DNA from: Ginglymostoma cirratum
Taxonomy: Eukaryota
Direction of reading: 5' to 3'
DNA: 64,000 nucleotides
Assembly: GCA_024137785.1 (NCBI GenBank)
Contig: JAHRHZ010000032.1
Coordinates: forward strand, 14,556,400-14,620,399
Below, one piece after another: positions 52,126 to 64,000 of this stretch (position 1 is the stretch's first letter; every line of letters begins with the position of its first letter). Below the pieces are notes generated by a model. That model worked only from the letters and a program-made list of their open reading frames with translations. It had not been told where the DNA came from and ran no database searches. Position numbers and translations under genes: made by a program.

Positions 52126-53839
52126 ATGAGACTTTGGGATGTTTTTGTGAATTGTCACCTGCAATTGATATTTTTAAAGGTACCTGTGACTACTTCTGTT
52201 ACAAAGAGCTGACTATGATCAATCTGTCATGATCAATGACATAGTCAAGTTTACTTATAACCAGGATTTGTATTTGACATTGCCAGTCACTGTAGTTCAC
52301 ATGCAGCTTTCTTGCCGAATTCTATGATTTCAGATATCCTAAACATCACTATATAAGTGCCTGAATAATGTAGTTGCTCCTTGAAAGGCCTTACATGGCT
52401 CACAAGTTGATCCTGTGTCCTCTGACAGAGAAAGAAGAAAACTCATTCCACCAAATCCAGATGTGATGGCAGCCATTTTTCATTTCCCTTGTACATTTGC
52501 GATTGAGATGGGGACGATAGGCAACACAGGTAGCACTTCACACAGTAAGTCACAGGCTCAACTGTCAATCAGGGTGATCTCCAAGCCTTCATGTTTCTTT
52601 TTTCCTTGCACTCCCTGTTAACCCCATCAGTTCTGATATTCCACATGTTCCAACCTAAATCCTTCTTCACATCATTTTATCTCTATGAGCCGCATGTCTA
52701 CAGTTTATTAATGCCTACCATAGTGATGCACTGTAACTTGTCAAAGCCAGGTTTGTGGTGACCATTGGTGACTGTCCTCACCCCCCACAGCAATCAGTGC
52801 CGTCTAATTTTCTCTCATCTCCCATCCTTTAAAATCGAGCTGATTCCTCCACATTGATTGACTCCTCTGCATTGCAGCCTTCAACAATGACAGCTAACTT
52901 GCCTAAAACAGCAGTAGTATCTGATAACCTCTTTGAGCTTAGTGAATAGATCTACAAGACAGAGTGTGGGCCATCCCCTGAACAAGTTGGAATAACAGCC
53001 CTTGATGATTAAATGACCAGACCCGTGGGTGATCTCTGTGCAGCTCCTTGACTGACATATCACTAACCCCCTGAGTAGCTGTACTTGACTTTCAGGACTA
53101 ACCATGGGTCACTCCCCAGACTATAAAGACATGGAATTCTAACTTTGTCTGCCCTAAGTGTTTGTCTGACAGTTCTAAACCATTGGGTGATGCCCTTGAC
53201 TGACTGTGTCAACAATCCTTGATTGACAAAAGTCACCCTTGGCTTAACTGAGGACTACACTCCTCAGACTTTGAGATTTGGTCGATTTGTTAGAAGCACA
53301 ACCAGCGTTTTCACTACACAGGCTGCTGCCACATGCTGTAACATAACATCGGTGTAACATAATGTAGCATGGTGCTGTACATCTACATGCCTACCCCTTT
53401 GACTTACATGTTGCCTGGCTTTGTGTTTACACTAAAAGGCAAGATAAGACAGAAGTACTGTGAAGCTGTAGGCTCTGAATGATGTTGGAATCCAAAAAAA
53501 GACAAAGCAAGGTAGAGATGCTGTGAGTATCCAAACGTCATGAAGTTAGTGAGCACAAAGAGAACAAGCTAAGAGCTCTGAGATACATCCTATGCCAATG
53601 CATAAGGTGTCTGTCCCTGTTTGCCAAAAGGACTGACAACAGCATTGCAATGAAAGGTGTTGGTGAGCTTCAAACTGCAGTATGATGTCGTAAAATGTAT
53701 TATGCCACAGATGTGTCATGATGATGTGGTGAGGCTGGTATTTGTCCAATGGACAAAGGGTGCAGACGAGCCGTGGAACATGCTCTGAGATATTGGGGAA
53801 TGGTGGCCAAGATGGAAACCTGGAAGACTAAGCAGTGAT

Positions 53840-54061
53840 AGTAGGAACTGCAGATGCTGGAGAATCTGAGAAAACAAGGTGTAGAGCTGGATGAACGCAG
53901 CAGACCAAGCAGCATCAGAGGAGCAGGAAAGCTGATGGTTCGGGCCTAGACCCTTCTTCAGAAAAGGTTTCGGGTCTAGGCCCGAAACGTCAGCTTTCCT
54001 GCTCCTCTGATGCCGCTTGGCCTGCTGTGTTCATCCAGTTCTACACCTCGTTATCTCAGAG
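53840..54061. mobile_element. Fold-back Penelope-derived element (family B)
   Basis: Inverted arms; perfect 11-bp TSD taagcagtgat at 53829-53839 and 54062-54072. Confidence 0.9.
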
Positions 54062-55724
54062 TAAGCAGTGATCTGGAGGTACCAGGTACATCCCAGTTTC
54101 TCTCCATTGCCAAGGAAAATATCAAACTGCATATAAATGAGATAAGATTAGTTAATAATAAGTTGATTTATGCAAATAGGTGCCTCACCACTCACTAGTA
54201 AAATTCTCATTTTGCTGTTAAAATGTTGGATGGAAGTTTAGACTTTTCTCTCCACATCGGAATCTAATTTGTCCGACATCGCCACATTTTTCCAAACTGA
54301 GTTGCCATTTTCCATGCCATTCAGGGACTTGGAACTTTCCCCTGTCATTACTATCAGTGACACAAGCTGACACAAATTTAGTCCCCAGAGGATTTTTTTG
54401 GAGCTCTGATTCTCTGAGTTGTGACACTTCTGTGGTATGATGCCTCTGAGGTTAAACTTTAACACTTGAAATATGTGACATGATTTTTAATTATACATTT
54501 ATTTAATAGATATTTGCAATGAAGGCAGAACTTACCAAATGATGTACTATTTTAAAGACACTTGGTGAATCAAATCAAGTACCAGTTCCACTGCAGGAGA
54601 AAATAAATACTTGTGTATATTTCTGTTTTACAAAGTCAATATGATAACTACATATTGACAGGAATATACTGGTGACATGACATTTTTCTACATTATTTCA
54701 ACCCTTCATTATTCCTGTTTTCATTAAAGAGAATGTTTGCAGGAATAACATCTAACTCATAATAAAATGCAATTTACTGCCACCCTGCCAAATTACTCTG
54801 AAAATTACACAATTCCAATGGTATTTTAAAGGATGTAAGATGTTGTCATTTGGTAAACTATTTGATCTTATGCACTTATGGGATTATGTTGAAATATATA
54901 CTTTAAATGGACAACGATAGGTTATATTGTGAGAGTCCCCTTTGCTTGAGGATAAAAGGAAATTAAATTAACATGACTAAAAAATCACAAGAAATGTTAA
55001 CTTCATCAAATGTGTCACAGGATGTAAGCACAAACCAACAGTGAAAGAATTTGGGTAAACCCTAAACCTAACAGGATTACAATTATCCTATCATTAAGAT
55101 TATGTTGAGCACAGTTAGTGTGACAGTATTGCCACATTATCTGAAAGAAGAGACACTGGGATAATCACAGTATAGGTTTGTGCAAATAGACAGGACAGTT
55201 ACTGACAAACAAATGGTATAAATAAGCTACTTTGGTTTGTTTCTTGTATACCTTCCTATAGAATTTTGAATACATAAAGCAATAAATACAATTCAAATTT
55301 TGACCATTTAAAATATTGGTTTCTGTCTAAGCATTGGAGTTCCACAAATGTAGTACAGACTTGTATATGAAGTCTAAAAGGCTTATTATAAAAAAGTATG
55401 CATCCCTTAAACCAGTGAGACTCTTATTAAGTTTCATTATTACGGATTAAATTGAACTTGAAACTTGAGTAACCCACATTTGAAATTAAACGTGGAAATC
55501 TGGAACTTTCTATTAGTATATCCTATTTCTTTCAGAAGCTGGTATCTTGCAGTGGGACTTGGCACTGAAATACCTGGAACAATACAATGTAGTTGTACTT
55601 CTCAAAATAGCTACATGTAAAACTCAACAGGAAATATTGACTTGATTTTCATTAATGGTGTGATAAATTTTCACAGCTACAAACAACCTCTTTTGTATTG
55701 AAAACTAAATATTATCAATATGAA

Positions 55725-57020
55725 AGAGATAAAAGGTACTGCAGATGCTGGAGAATCTGAGATCGTGGGGCTGGATGAACACAGCAGGCCAAGCAGCATC
55801 ATAGGAGCAGAAAAACTTGACGTTTCGGGCCGAGACCCTTCATCAGAAATGGGGGAGGGGAAGAGGGTTCTGAAATAAATAGGGAGAGAGGGGGAGGCGG
55901 ATAGAGGATGGATAGAGGAGAGGATAGGTGGAGAGGAGGCAGACAAGTCAAAGAGGCGGGAATGGAGCCAGTAAAGGTGAGTGTAGGTGGGGGGGTGGGG
56001 AGGAGATAGGTCAGTCCAGGGAGGACGGACAGGTCAAGGGGGCGGGATGATGTTAGTAGCTAGGAGATGGGGGTGGGGATTGAGGTGGGAGGAAGGGATA
56101 GGTGAGAGGAAAAACAGGTTAGGGAGGTGGAGATGAGCTGGGCTGGTTTTGGGATGCGGTTGGGGGAGGGGAGATTTTGAAGCTTGTGAAATCCACATTA
56201 ATACCATTGGGCTGCAGGGTTCCCAGGCTGAATATGATTTGCTGTTTCTGCAGCCTTCGGGTGGCATCACTGTGGCATTGCAGGAGGCCCAGGATGGACA
56301 TGTCGTCTGAGGAATGGGAGGGAGAGTTGAAATGGTTCGCGACTGGGAGGTGCAGTTGTTTGTTGCGAACTGAGCGCAGGTGTTCTGCAAAGCGGTCCCC
56401 AAGCCTCCGCTTGGTTTCCCCGATGTAGAGGAAGCCACAATGGGTACAGCGGATGCAGTATACCACATTGGCAGATGTGCAGGTGAACCTCTGCCTGATG
56501 TGGAAAGTCTTCTTGGGGCCTGGGATTGGGGTGAGGGAGGAGGTGTGGGGGCAGGTGTAGCACTTTCTGCAGTTGCAGGGAAAAGTGCCGGGTGTGGTGG
56601 GACTGGAGGGGAGTGTAGAGTGGACAAAGGAGTCGCGGAGGGAGTGGTCCCTCTGGAAGGCAGATAAGGGCGGGGAGGGGAAAATGTCTTTGGTGGTGGG
56701 GTCTGATTGCGGAAGTGTCGGAGGATGATGCGCTGGATCCAGAGGTTGGTGGGGTGGTACATGAGGACGAGGGGGATTCTTTTTTGGTTATTATTGCGGG
56801 GATGGGGCGTGAGGGATGTGTTACGGGAAATGCGGGAGACATGGTCGAGGGCTTTCTCGACCACTGTAGCGGGGAAGTTGCGGTCCTTGAAGAATGAGGA
56901 CATCTGAGATGCACGGGAGTGGAATGTCTCATCCTGGGAGCAGATGCGGTGGAGGCGAAGAAATTGGGAATAGGGGGTGGCATTTTTGCAGGAAGGTGGG
57001 TGGGAGGAGGTGTCAAAAAG
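55725..57020 (-). mobile_element. Penelope-like retroelement (Neptune-type, family B), 5'-truncated
   Basis: VYCIRCTHCGFLYIGETKRRLGDRFAEHL GIY-YIG (56119..56466); RT thumb region; 13-bp TSD ttatcaatatgaa at 55712-55724 and 57021-57033. Confidence 0.95.
55815..55850 (-). ncRNA. Minimal type I hammerhead ribozyme motif in Penelope 3' UTR
   Basis: ATTT-CTGATGA-A-GGGTCTCGGCCC-GAAAC-GTC-AAGT. Confidence 0.75.
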
Positions 57021-58589
57021 TTATCAATATGAATCTTCTCCATCAGAGTTTAAATACTGATAGAGCTGTTTTGTTACAAAGTAAAAAATTAAATCAAAAC
57101 CTTTTTAAAAATTGACATGGAATTTACGTGTGTTGTGATTTCAGCTGTTAATCCGGGATCATGTCTGCTGGTACTCTCAGGTACTAATCCTCCCAGGGCA
57201 TGGAGGATCAGTGAGAAGGTCGTTCATTTTCAAAGACCCTGTCAGTGCCACTGATACTACAAGCACACCTCCAGGACATGAGAGCCTACAGAGATCAGAA
57301 ATTCTAATGCATGCTATTTATCAAGAGAAAGTTGCATATTCCCTTCCTCTAATTCCCTAAGATGAAATGTTTTTATGTCTGTGAATTGGAGCAATTATTC
57401 AGTGTGTCCAAATCCCTTGTAATGACTGTTACCCTTCATCTCACTTGAAATGTGGCCACTAAGAATATGGCTGGTTCCACTGATGTTGACGCAGTGGGAC
57501 GATGCTATGTATAGAGCCCCCATTCCTACTGATGCACTCTGGCATTGTGACTATACCTTGGATGGAAGTGTGTGCTCTGAAAACTTATCTTAGTGTCCAA
57601 GACAACCTGTCTTGTAATTTTACCCATTTCTGCAGCCTTCTGCTTCACACCCATTGGAATTAGTGTTAGTTCTGAAAGTAGCTGCCCTAACTTGTCCAAA
57701 GTTTATCAAGACAAAGATTAAGCTGATGTTGACCCCCACTCCTTAAAGTAGGAAAATGTTTACTGGACCAAGCTGCAGCCTACCTGAGGAAATTTCACTA
57801 CAGATGAACATTACATAAAGTAAGAACAAGAGAATTTTTACTTAGCCATGTCTTATTATATGTGTCTGATTATACTGGTCATTGAAGTAACATTTATTTA
57901 ATTATTTTAATATTGTCTGACTAGTCGTTTCAATGATTTTCTTAGAGTTTGACACTAGAAAGGATAGAAGGCAATTCATATTAAATAGTTAACGCACGAC
58001 TACCCTTTTTGGAAGATAATTTGCCTCCAGTGTAATCCTGGAGCTTTTTCTGATCCTTTTTATAGCGTTTATAATTTCAAGCAATGAAGAAGTCAGTAAA
58101 GTGAAACAGCGTGAGTATTATATGTATTGTAGGCCCTATATACTCTCCTGAATTGCCAACGCATTAATATGCAATCTTTCAGTCCACCATACCATTAACA
58201 ATGACATTTTGCAATATAACTGCAGTTGCGTGAATGGATTATAAAGCATTGTATAAAAAGGGCTTTTGCTCCTGGCTTGTAATGCTCAGCTGAGTGAAAG
58301 GGAACAGCGAGGACGTGAAAGGGAAAATGATAATGGTAGTTAAATCTGAAACCTAGTTCTTCACCTCAACAGCCTTCTTCAACTGCAAACTGCAACAGTT
58401 TTGATTTGTTAATTAATGGCCTTTAATGACCTTTACTATGTTCATTTTTAGTGGTTTGATCAATTTTATGCAAAACTGTTTCCACAGCATGCATTCACAC
58501 TCTCAGTATGCCATATTAACATGGATGTTAGGGCATGCACTGAAAATGTGCAGTAGGTGGATTATCGTGTCAGGAAGTTTATAATGTCA

Positions 58590-58790
58590 GAGATTGTAGG
58601 AACTGCAGATGCTGAAGATTCTGAGATAACAAGGCGTAACATATAACACAGCAGGCCAAGCAATATCAGAGGAGCAGGAAAGCAGTTATATTGCAAAATT
58701 TTCTGAAGAAGGGTCTAGGCCCGAAACGTCAGCCTTCCTGCTCCTCTGATGCTGCTTGGCCTCTGAGTTCATCCAGCTCTACACCTTGTT
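58590..58790. mobile_element. Fold-back Penelope-derived element (family B)
   Basis: Inverted arms; TSD agtttataatgtca / agcttataatctca at 58576-58589 and 58791-58804. Confidence 0.85.
58699..58734 (+). ncRNA. Minimal hammerhead ribozyme motif
   Basis: CTGAAGA-A-GGGTCTAGGCCC-GAAAC-GTC; stem I weak. Confidence 0.55.
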
Positions 58791-59699
58791 AGCTTATAAT
58801 CTCACCTAGCTGTAGAATGGCTACTGCTGTCTTTAGTTGTGTCCCAATATGTGCTGCAAAAGACAAGGAAGTACATTTGTGACTGAGGTGAAAATTGTTG
58901 GGTGATGTGGTTGTCATGCTTAAATAGCTGAGAGTGTATGCAAGCTGTGAGATGTAGGTACAAGGTTTAGAGCTGTTCTAAAGTTTGTGAGGTTGAGGTG
59001 AAGCTATGATTTTTAAGTATATTTTGTGATTGATAGTGATTGTTGGTTGATGAAAAATGGAGGAGTGTTGAATTGGGCATTGCCTAAGACTTGAATGCAG
59101 TTAAAGAAATGCAGCATTTAAATATACATGCATGAGTCTTGCCCATTCATCTAAGATCACAGAATTTCTTTTGGCACTGCCTCAAGCACATTAACGTTAA
59201 AGTATTGACTTTGACCTGGACAGCTACATGCTGCTATTGTTTTCTTGGACTATGTCTAAAGGACCTCCTGACCCCCTCTGGGATAAGAAAAAAGTCATTC
59301 TCTGTCAATCTCTTTGCAGCTGAATCAGAGAAACTGGACCTTAATCTCTTCCGCTATTTTGTTGCTGTTTTTTCCAGGTCAAAGTCACATGTGAAATTAA
59401 TTCCAATACCTGGCATGGAAAAAGAGAGGTGTTTTTAAGTGGCTCAGTCTAGGTTGAATTCATGCTTAGCACTCTTGATTTCATGCACCCAACTCAGGCA
59501 TGCAGTTAATCGGTGGTGCACTCATACATGCTGCAATCATGTAAATAGTCAGGTAACTGATTTTGGCTGCATGAATCAGAATCGATAAGTTAATCACAAA
59601 CTTAAAGGCTGTTTCCAAGTGTTATTTCATTGTATCCCCCTGTAAATACCATACTCACCATTCATTATTTTCTGTGTATTTGCTTGTGGACTAAAATGG

Positions 59700-60594
59700 A
59701 AAAAAAAAGTCTTTAACAACAAAAGACTGCAAAATGAATTGCTGCACTTTTAAAATCAAATTACGGAAACTCATTGTGTGATTTGTTTACACTGCTGTTT
59801 TGTTCATGTTGATTTGTTCAATTGTTTTTGGATGGCCTGGCACAGTGTAGGCAGAATACGATGTGACTGGCAATAAGGAGCTGATTAGTTTGTGCAGTTG
59901 TGACCAGTCATGGAAGCTAGAAGTCATCATCCTGACTACAGCCCTCTGATTAGTTTTGGGGGTAGCTGAGCAGCTTGTGAGTGTGAACAAAACAGTGACA
60001 AAATCTTCCAACTGCAGCAAGGGCAGGCGGTGTGACTCTGCATAGAAAAAATACTTGATGTCTAAAGAAAGCCAGTTATTATCTCTTGTTGCTGTAAGCT
60101 GTTGTACTTGATCAGTAAATAAGAGACTTTACAGTTAGTGTACCAACCATCTTATGCAACTTGTGAAGAAGTGAAGCAACCCGGAAAAAATTGACTGAAG
60201 AACACAAAGTCCTAGCAATTTGAACCACCTCAACAAACCTATGACTCATGCTATTAAACTTTTGTTCCCAAATTCTTCCCCTTTACCCATAAAGCCATTT
60301 TTTTAGTTTGTCTGAGCTTGTATTTCTGTGTAGGGGTTTTAAAAGGAGATTAGAGTTTTAACTGTTAGAATTACATGTTGATGGTTCTTTACTTGTGATT
60401 AGAATATACTCATTTATAATAAATAATAACTTTTGTTACCGACAGGATTCTGATCAGTGCCTTCTGTTAACTCAATTCCACTAGATAGGTAAATCAGGAA
60501 CTTTTCATGACTTGATTCAATCATTAATGTTTGTGCCTACCCCAGGTGAAGTGGGGCTTGAGAATCAGTGCAATTTTCCAAATGGGTCATAACA
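59700..60594 (+). mobile_element. Possible solo Gypsy-type LTR
   Basis: Ends in gtcataaca, AATAAA at ~60418; 5' end and TSD not identified. Confidence 0.4.
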
Positions 60595-60997
60595 TAATGG
60601 TATATTAAAATGTAGGTTAACAAAGCATTATTATTATTGCTTGGCAGTACAGAACTTGAGAATTACTGAAAAAAATTGACATGCAGTCGAATCTTTTCAT
60701 CTTATACAAGGAGAGAATTACAAGATTACCAAATCTCAATAGGAAAAAAAAATGCTATAACAAAAATTAACTTGTCTGGTTTGAAGTTAAACAATTAACT
60801 ATCTCCTTGTGCATTCCCATTGTTCCATCTTTACTAGTTAAGTCTACTTACCAACCAAGTAACATCATTTTCTCATGCTGTTTAAATTGTTTTTCCCTTT
60901 GAGATTTGGCATTGTTGAGATTATGTCTAATAATGCAAAACAAACTCTTTGACAGCATGGTTTCAAGAATGAGAAACTTCAGCCATGAACATAGATT

Positions 60998-61280
60998 GGG
61001 TGGCACGGTGGCTCACTGGTTAGCACTGCTGCCTCACAGCGCCAGGGGCCTGGGTTCGATTTCCCCTTCGGGCAACTGTCTGTGTGGAGACAGGAGAACA
61101 GGGATGTTCTCCCTGTGTCTGCGTGGGTTTCCTCCCACAGTCCAAAGATGTGCAGGGTAGGGGGATTGGCCATGCTAAATTGCCCATAGTTTTCAGGGAT
61201 ATGTTGATTAGTTGGGTTTGGGGGATGGGTCTAAGTGGGATGTTCTGAGGGTCAGTCCGGACACACTGTAGGGATTCTAT
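60998..61280 (+). mobile_element. HE1-type V-SINE
   Basis: tggctcactgg / gggttcgatt Pol III boxes; V-domain gtgtctgcgtgggtttcctcccacagtccaaagatgtgc; tggccatgctaaattgccc. Confidence 0.9.
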
Positions 61281-61284
61281 GGCG

Positions 61285-61685
61285 ATTGGATTAATTGGGA
61301 CTGTTTTCCTTGGAGAAGAGGTGACTTGGGGAGATTGGATTGAAGTATTCAAAACCATGAGGGGGCTACTCAGAGTAGAAAAGGAGAAACTGTTCCTTCT
61401 CTTAGTCAATTGAGAATGAGAAGGAACAACTATAGGTAATGTACAAAATAAGGAAATTTGGTGTGAAAACATAATTATCACAAAATGGCCTGGAACTGCA
61501 GTGCAGATAGTTCAACTGAAGCATTCAAGAGGGCATTAGAAGATTATTTAAATAGGAACAATATTCAGGGTAATGAGTCAAAAACAGAGGAATGGCACTA
61601 AGACATAATGCTCATTCAGGGAGCTAGTGCTAACATGATGGATCAAACAGCCTTTCTCTGCTCTGTAACAATTCTGTTCTTCTGT
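61285..61685 (+). mobile_element. Old CR1 3' fragment
   Basis: ttggagaagaggtgacttgggggagattggattgaagtattcaaaaccatgagggg (LEKRRLRGDLIEVFK-like). Confidence 0.75.
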
Positions 61686-63496
61686 GATGTCTCTATTTTC
61701 TAATTATTACAAACAACTGCTTTTGTTGCATTTTGGAATCCACCTTAACTTAAATGATTTCAATTATTAGATTTCAAATATAAGATGTCTAATTGCAGCA
61801 TAGCTATATTTCATATAACTGAGGACAGATAGGAGAGGATAAGAGTAGGTGAAAGAGCACATTCATGACTATCACAACATGCAGCTAAGGAAATGCAAAT
61901 TACTTTGTCGCAATTGTATTTGAATGGAAGTATTTTGGGCATTTTTAGTTTATTTTTATCTTCTGAAAAGGTCACAACTCCAGATAACATCTGCGCTAGT
62001 ACATTCTGTGATGATTAATAAGTTAAATAATTAAATTTATGGTTACATACAATTATATAAAAGTAAAAACTGTAAATATAATTGTTGGACAAAATTTAAT
62101 ATTGTTATTAGTCATCATATAACTAATTTAATTTCTGTACTGCTTTCATTATTTCAAGAAAATAGTTGTTATTTCATTGTCTTTGTGAATTAATTCATTA
62201 CCATCCTTGTCTTCCATAATTCGACTTTCAAGCTGTATGTCCCTCAATTGTCTGGAATGCTGAAGGGTGATTTTATTATTAAAATAAGAACTATGACAAC
62301 ATTACACCATATTTTCAGAGGTGAAGGAAAGACAATTATTTATCACTCTGCACTCCCATGTTATTTTTCAACACTTAATTGCGTAAATAATACGAGTATA
62401 TGTTGGTTATAATGGATTACTTGAATTGAAGGCTGGAAACAAAATGAAGAAATTATTTCTATACAGATTAATCCGAATGCATATTCTAGTAAATATAATG
62501 GAACCAAACATATTGGCCTAGATTCTTACCCGAATGAATGATTTATGTGATTATGCCAAATAATTTATACTTTTATTTCAGGTACAAATGGAATTATTAT
62601 TTGTTTCTTGAATTGTCTATTGCCCTTGATATATAGTACAATTATGAATCTAAGACTGTAATACTTGAAAGAATTGTAGTGGGAGTTAAGGAGGAACTGT
62701 GGTATTTTTAAATAGACCAGGTTTTATTTCATGACCATAGTTTTATGTTGATCAGTATTTAATGATCAATAAATACCCAGACAGCCACAATCACTATTCT
62801 TATACAGCCATTTAGAATCGTATTTCATGAATGGAAGATGATTGTACTCCAATATGGAATGCACAGAACAAATGTAAAAGCTTTATTGTGTCTATATTCT
62901 GTTTCTGAGCATGTTTGGTCCCATAGACCTTGCCATTATCTCTTCCCCACCACCTCCAAGAGCATTCTCTTTTCTATTCCTTCCATTTTTACATAATAAT
63001 TGTGAGAAATTACTGAGAAACAGGTATTTACCTGCAGCATTCTGTAATTGAATCTCACCCCCAACTCAACATCAAAAAAATAAAATATTTTATGGTTTAT
63101 GTTATGCATAGATGCCCAAATGACCAAATTAGTGTAAAGGCTGGTCAACTCGACTCTGACAAGCTTAAACCACATATAGTGTTGTGTTGCTCAAATTTTA
63201 CCATTTGTCAGTATTGAAAGTCATACAGCCTTTTATCAGCCCAGTATTACAATTATAATTTTGTTGATATATCCGTGGATAGAAAATTAGCCAACTTTCT
63301 AAATGGAAAAGTATTAGTCTGTAAGGGTCATAACTTGGAAAATGAAGTCTTCAGCAAGGCAGGCCAACTCCCCTGTGTTTAGCTCAGCCAGGTTGAGGGT
63401 CACGTAGGACTGGATACCTGACAAGTGATGAAGCAACACAGAGGAAATTAAAACAAATGTTGGGGAAGCATAAATTGTCAGCAGTTCCCATGAGAA

Positions 63497-63602
63497 GCTG
63501 AGATAACAAGGTGTAGGGTCTAGGCCCGTAACCTCAGCCTTCCTGCTCCTCTGATGCTGCTTGGCCCGCTGTGTTCATCCAGCTCTACACCTCGTTGTCT
63601 CC
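63497..63602 (+). mobile_element. Short Penelope-derived element with 17-nt inverted arm (family B)
   Basis: gagataacaaggtgtag ... ctacacctcgttgtctc. Confidence 0.8.
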
Positions 63603-63689
63603 AGTTATTGTTGTAGATGTTCTGACTTTGATTGGATAGATTGGATTGGAACCAAGCATGGACAGTATCAATCAGCTAGATATTGAAGG

Positions 63690-63990
63690 AAAGAACAGAG
63701 TTGACAGGGTATACTGTGATTGACTGACTTCAAGACTGTTGAGAAGTTAAAGAGAAGAAGTGACGGTGCGCCATGATCTAATATAACTGAGGATGTCATT
63801 TGTGACTTTGATTAAAGCTATTTGAGTGCTTTTGCAGAGGTGAAAATCTAATTGAAGCAGATCAAACGTGAAATTGTTGAAAAGAATGGCATGAATTGGA
63901 ATGCAATATTGCTTTCAAAGTCATGCAGAGGACAGGTCAGTTGAAAATGATCCAGCAGTGTACAATGGCCAAAGTTATAAGATTGGATTT
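63690..63990 (-). mobile_element. L2 LINE RT fragment
   Basis: Minus strand QLDFHLCKSTQIALIKVTNDIL matches the QSGFR..HSTETAL.KVTNDIL RT motif. Confidence 0.7.
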
Positions 63991-64000
63991 TGCTCCTGAT

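Noticed and set aside
53931-53995. Intact hammerheads in the 53840 element
   Set aside because: Minus arm has GAACC instead of GAAAC; plus arm lacks the CTGANGA box
54218-54465. Short minus ORFs (MTGESSKSLNG...)
   Set aside because: No recognisable homology or splice context; length compatible with chance
56034-57043. Long Pro-rich ORFs (289 aa, 258 aa)
   Set aside because: Frameshifted or alternative frames of the C-rich Penelope element
24469-63602. Recurring ~100-bp motif as a CRISPR-like array or bacterial terminators
   Set aside because: Dispersed, irregular, eukaryotic, and explained by Penelope 3' ends

Overview
Eukaryotic, repeat-dense, apparently non-coding DNA (gene desert or large intron). 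It is most likely from a cartilaginous fish, inferred from an HE1-type V-SINE, a Deu-domain SINE and abundant CR1 LINEs. I could not support any intact host protein-coding exon. Almost every recognisable ORF is a decayed transposon piece: many CR1 LINE fragments, 3' ends of an L2/Crack-like LINE plus a tRNA-derived SINE sharing its tail, two Penelope-like elements (GIY-YIG, Neptune-type) with clear target-site duplications, a Gypsy remnant with integrase apparently upstream of RT (Gmr1-like), Harbinger transposase and Myb/SANT remnants, and solo LTRs. The most interesting signal is a set of Penelope-derived ~110-230 bp insertions. Several are fold-back palindromes with their own 11-14 bp TSDs, and some retain a minimal hammerhead-ribozyme core (CUGANGA...GAAAC GUH). 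A few repeat-poor stretches look like conserved enhancers. Repeat boundaries are approximate unless a TSD is quoted, and family names come from remembered motifs, not database searches.
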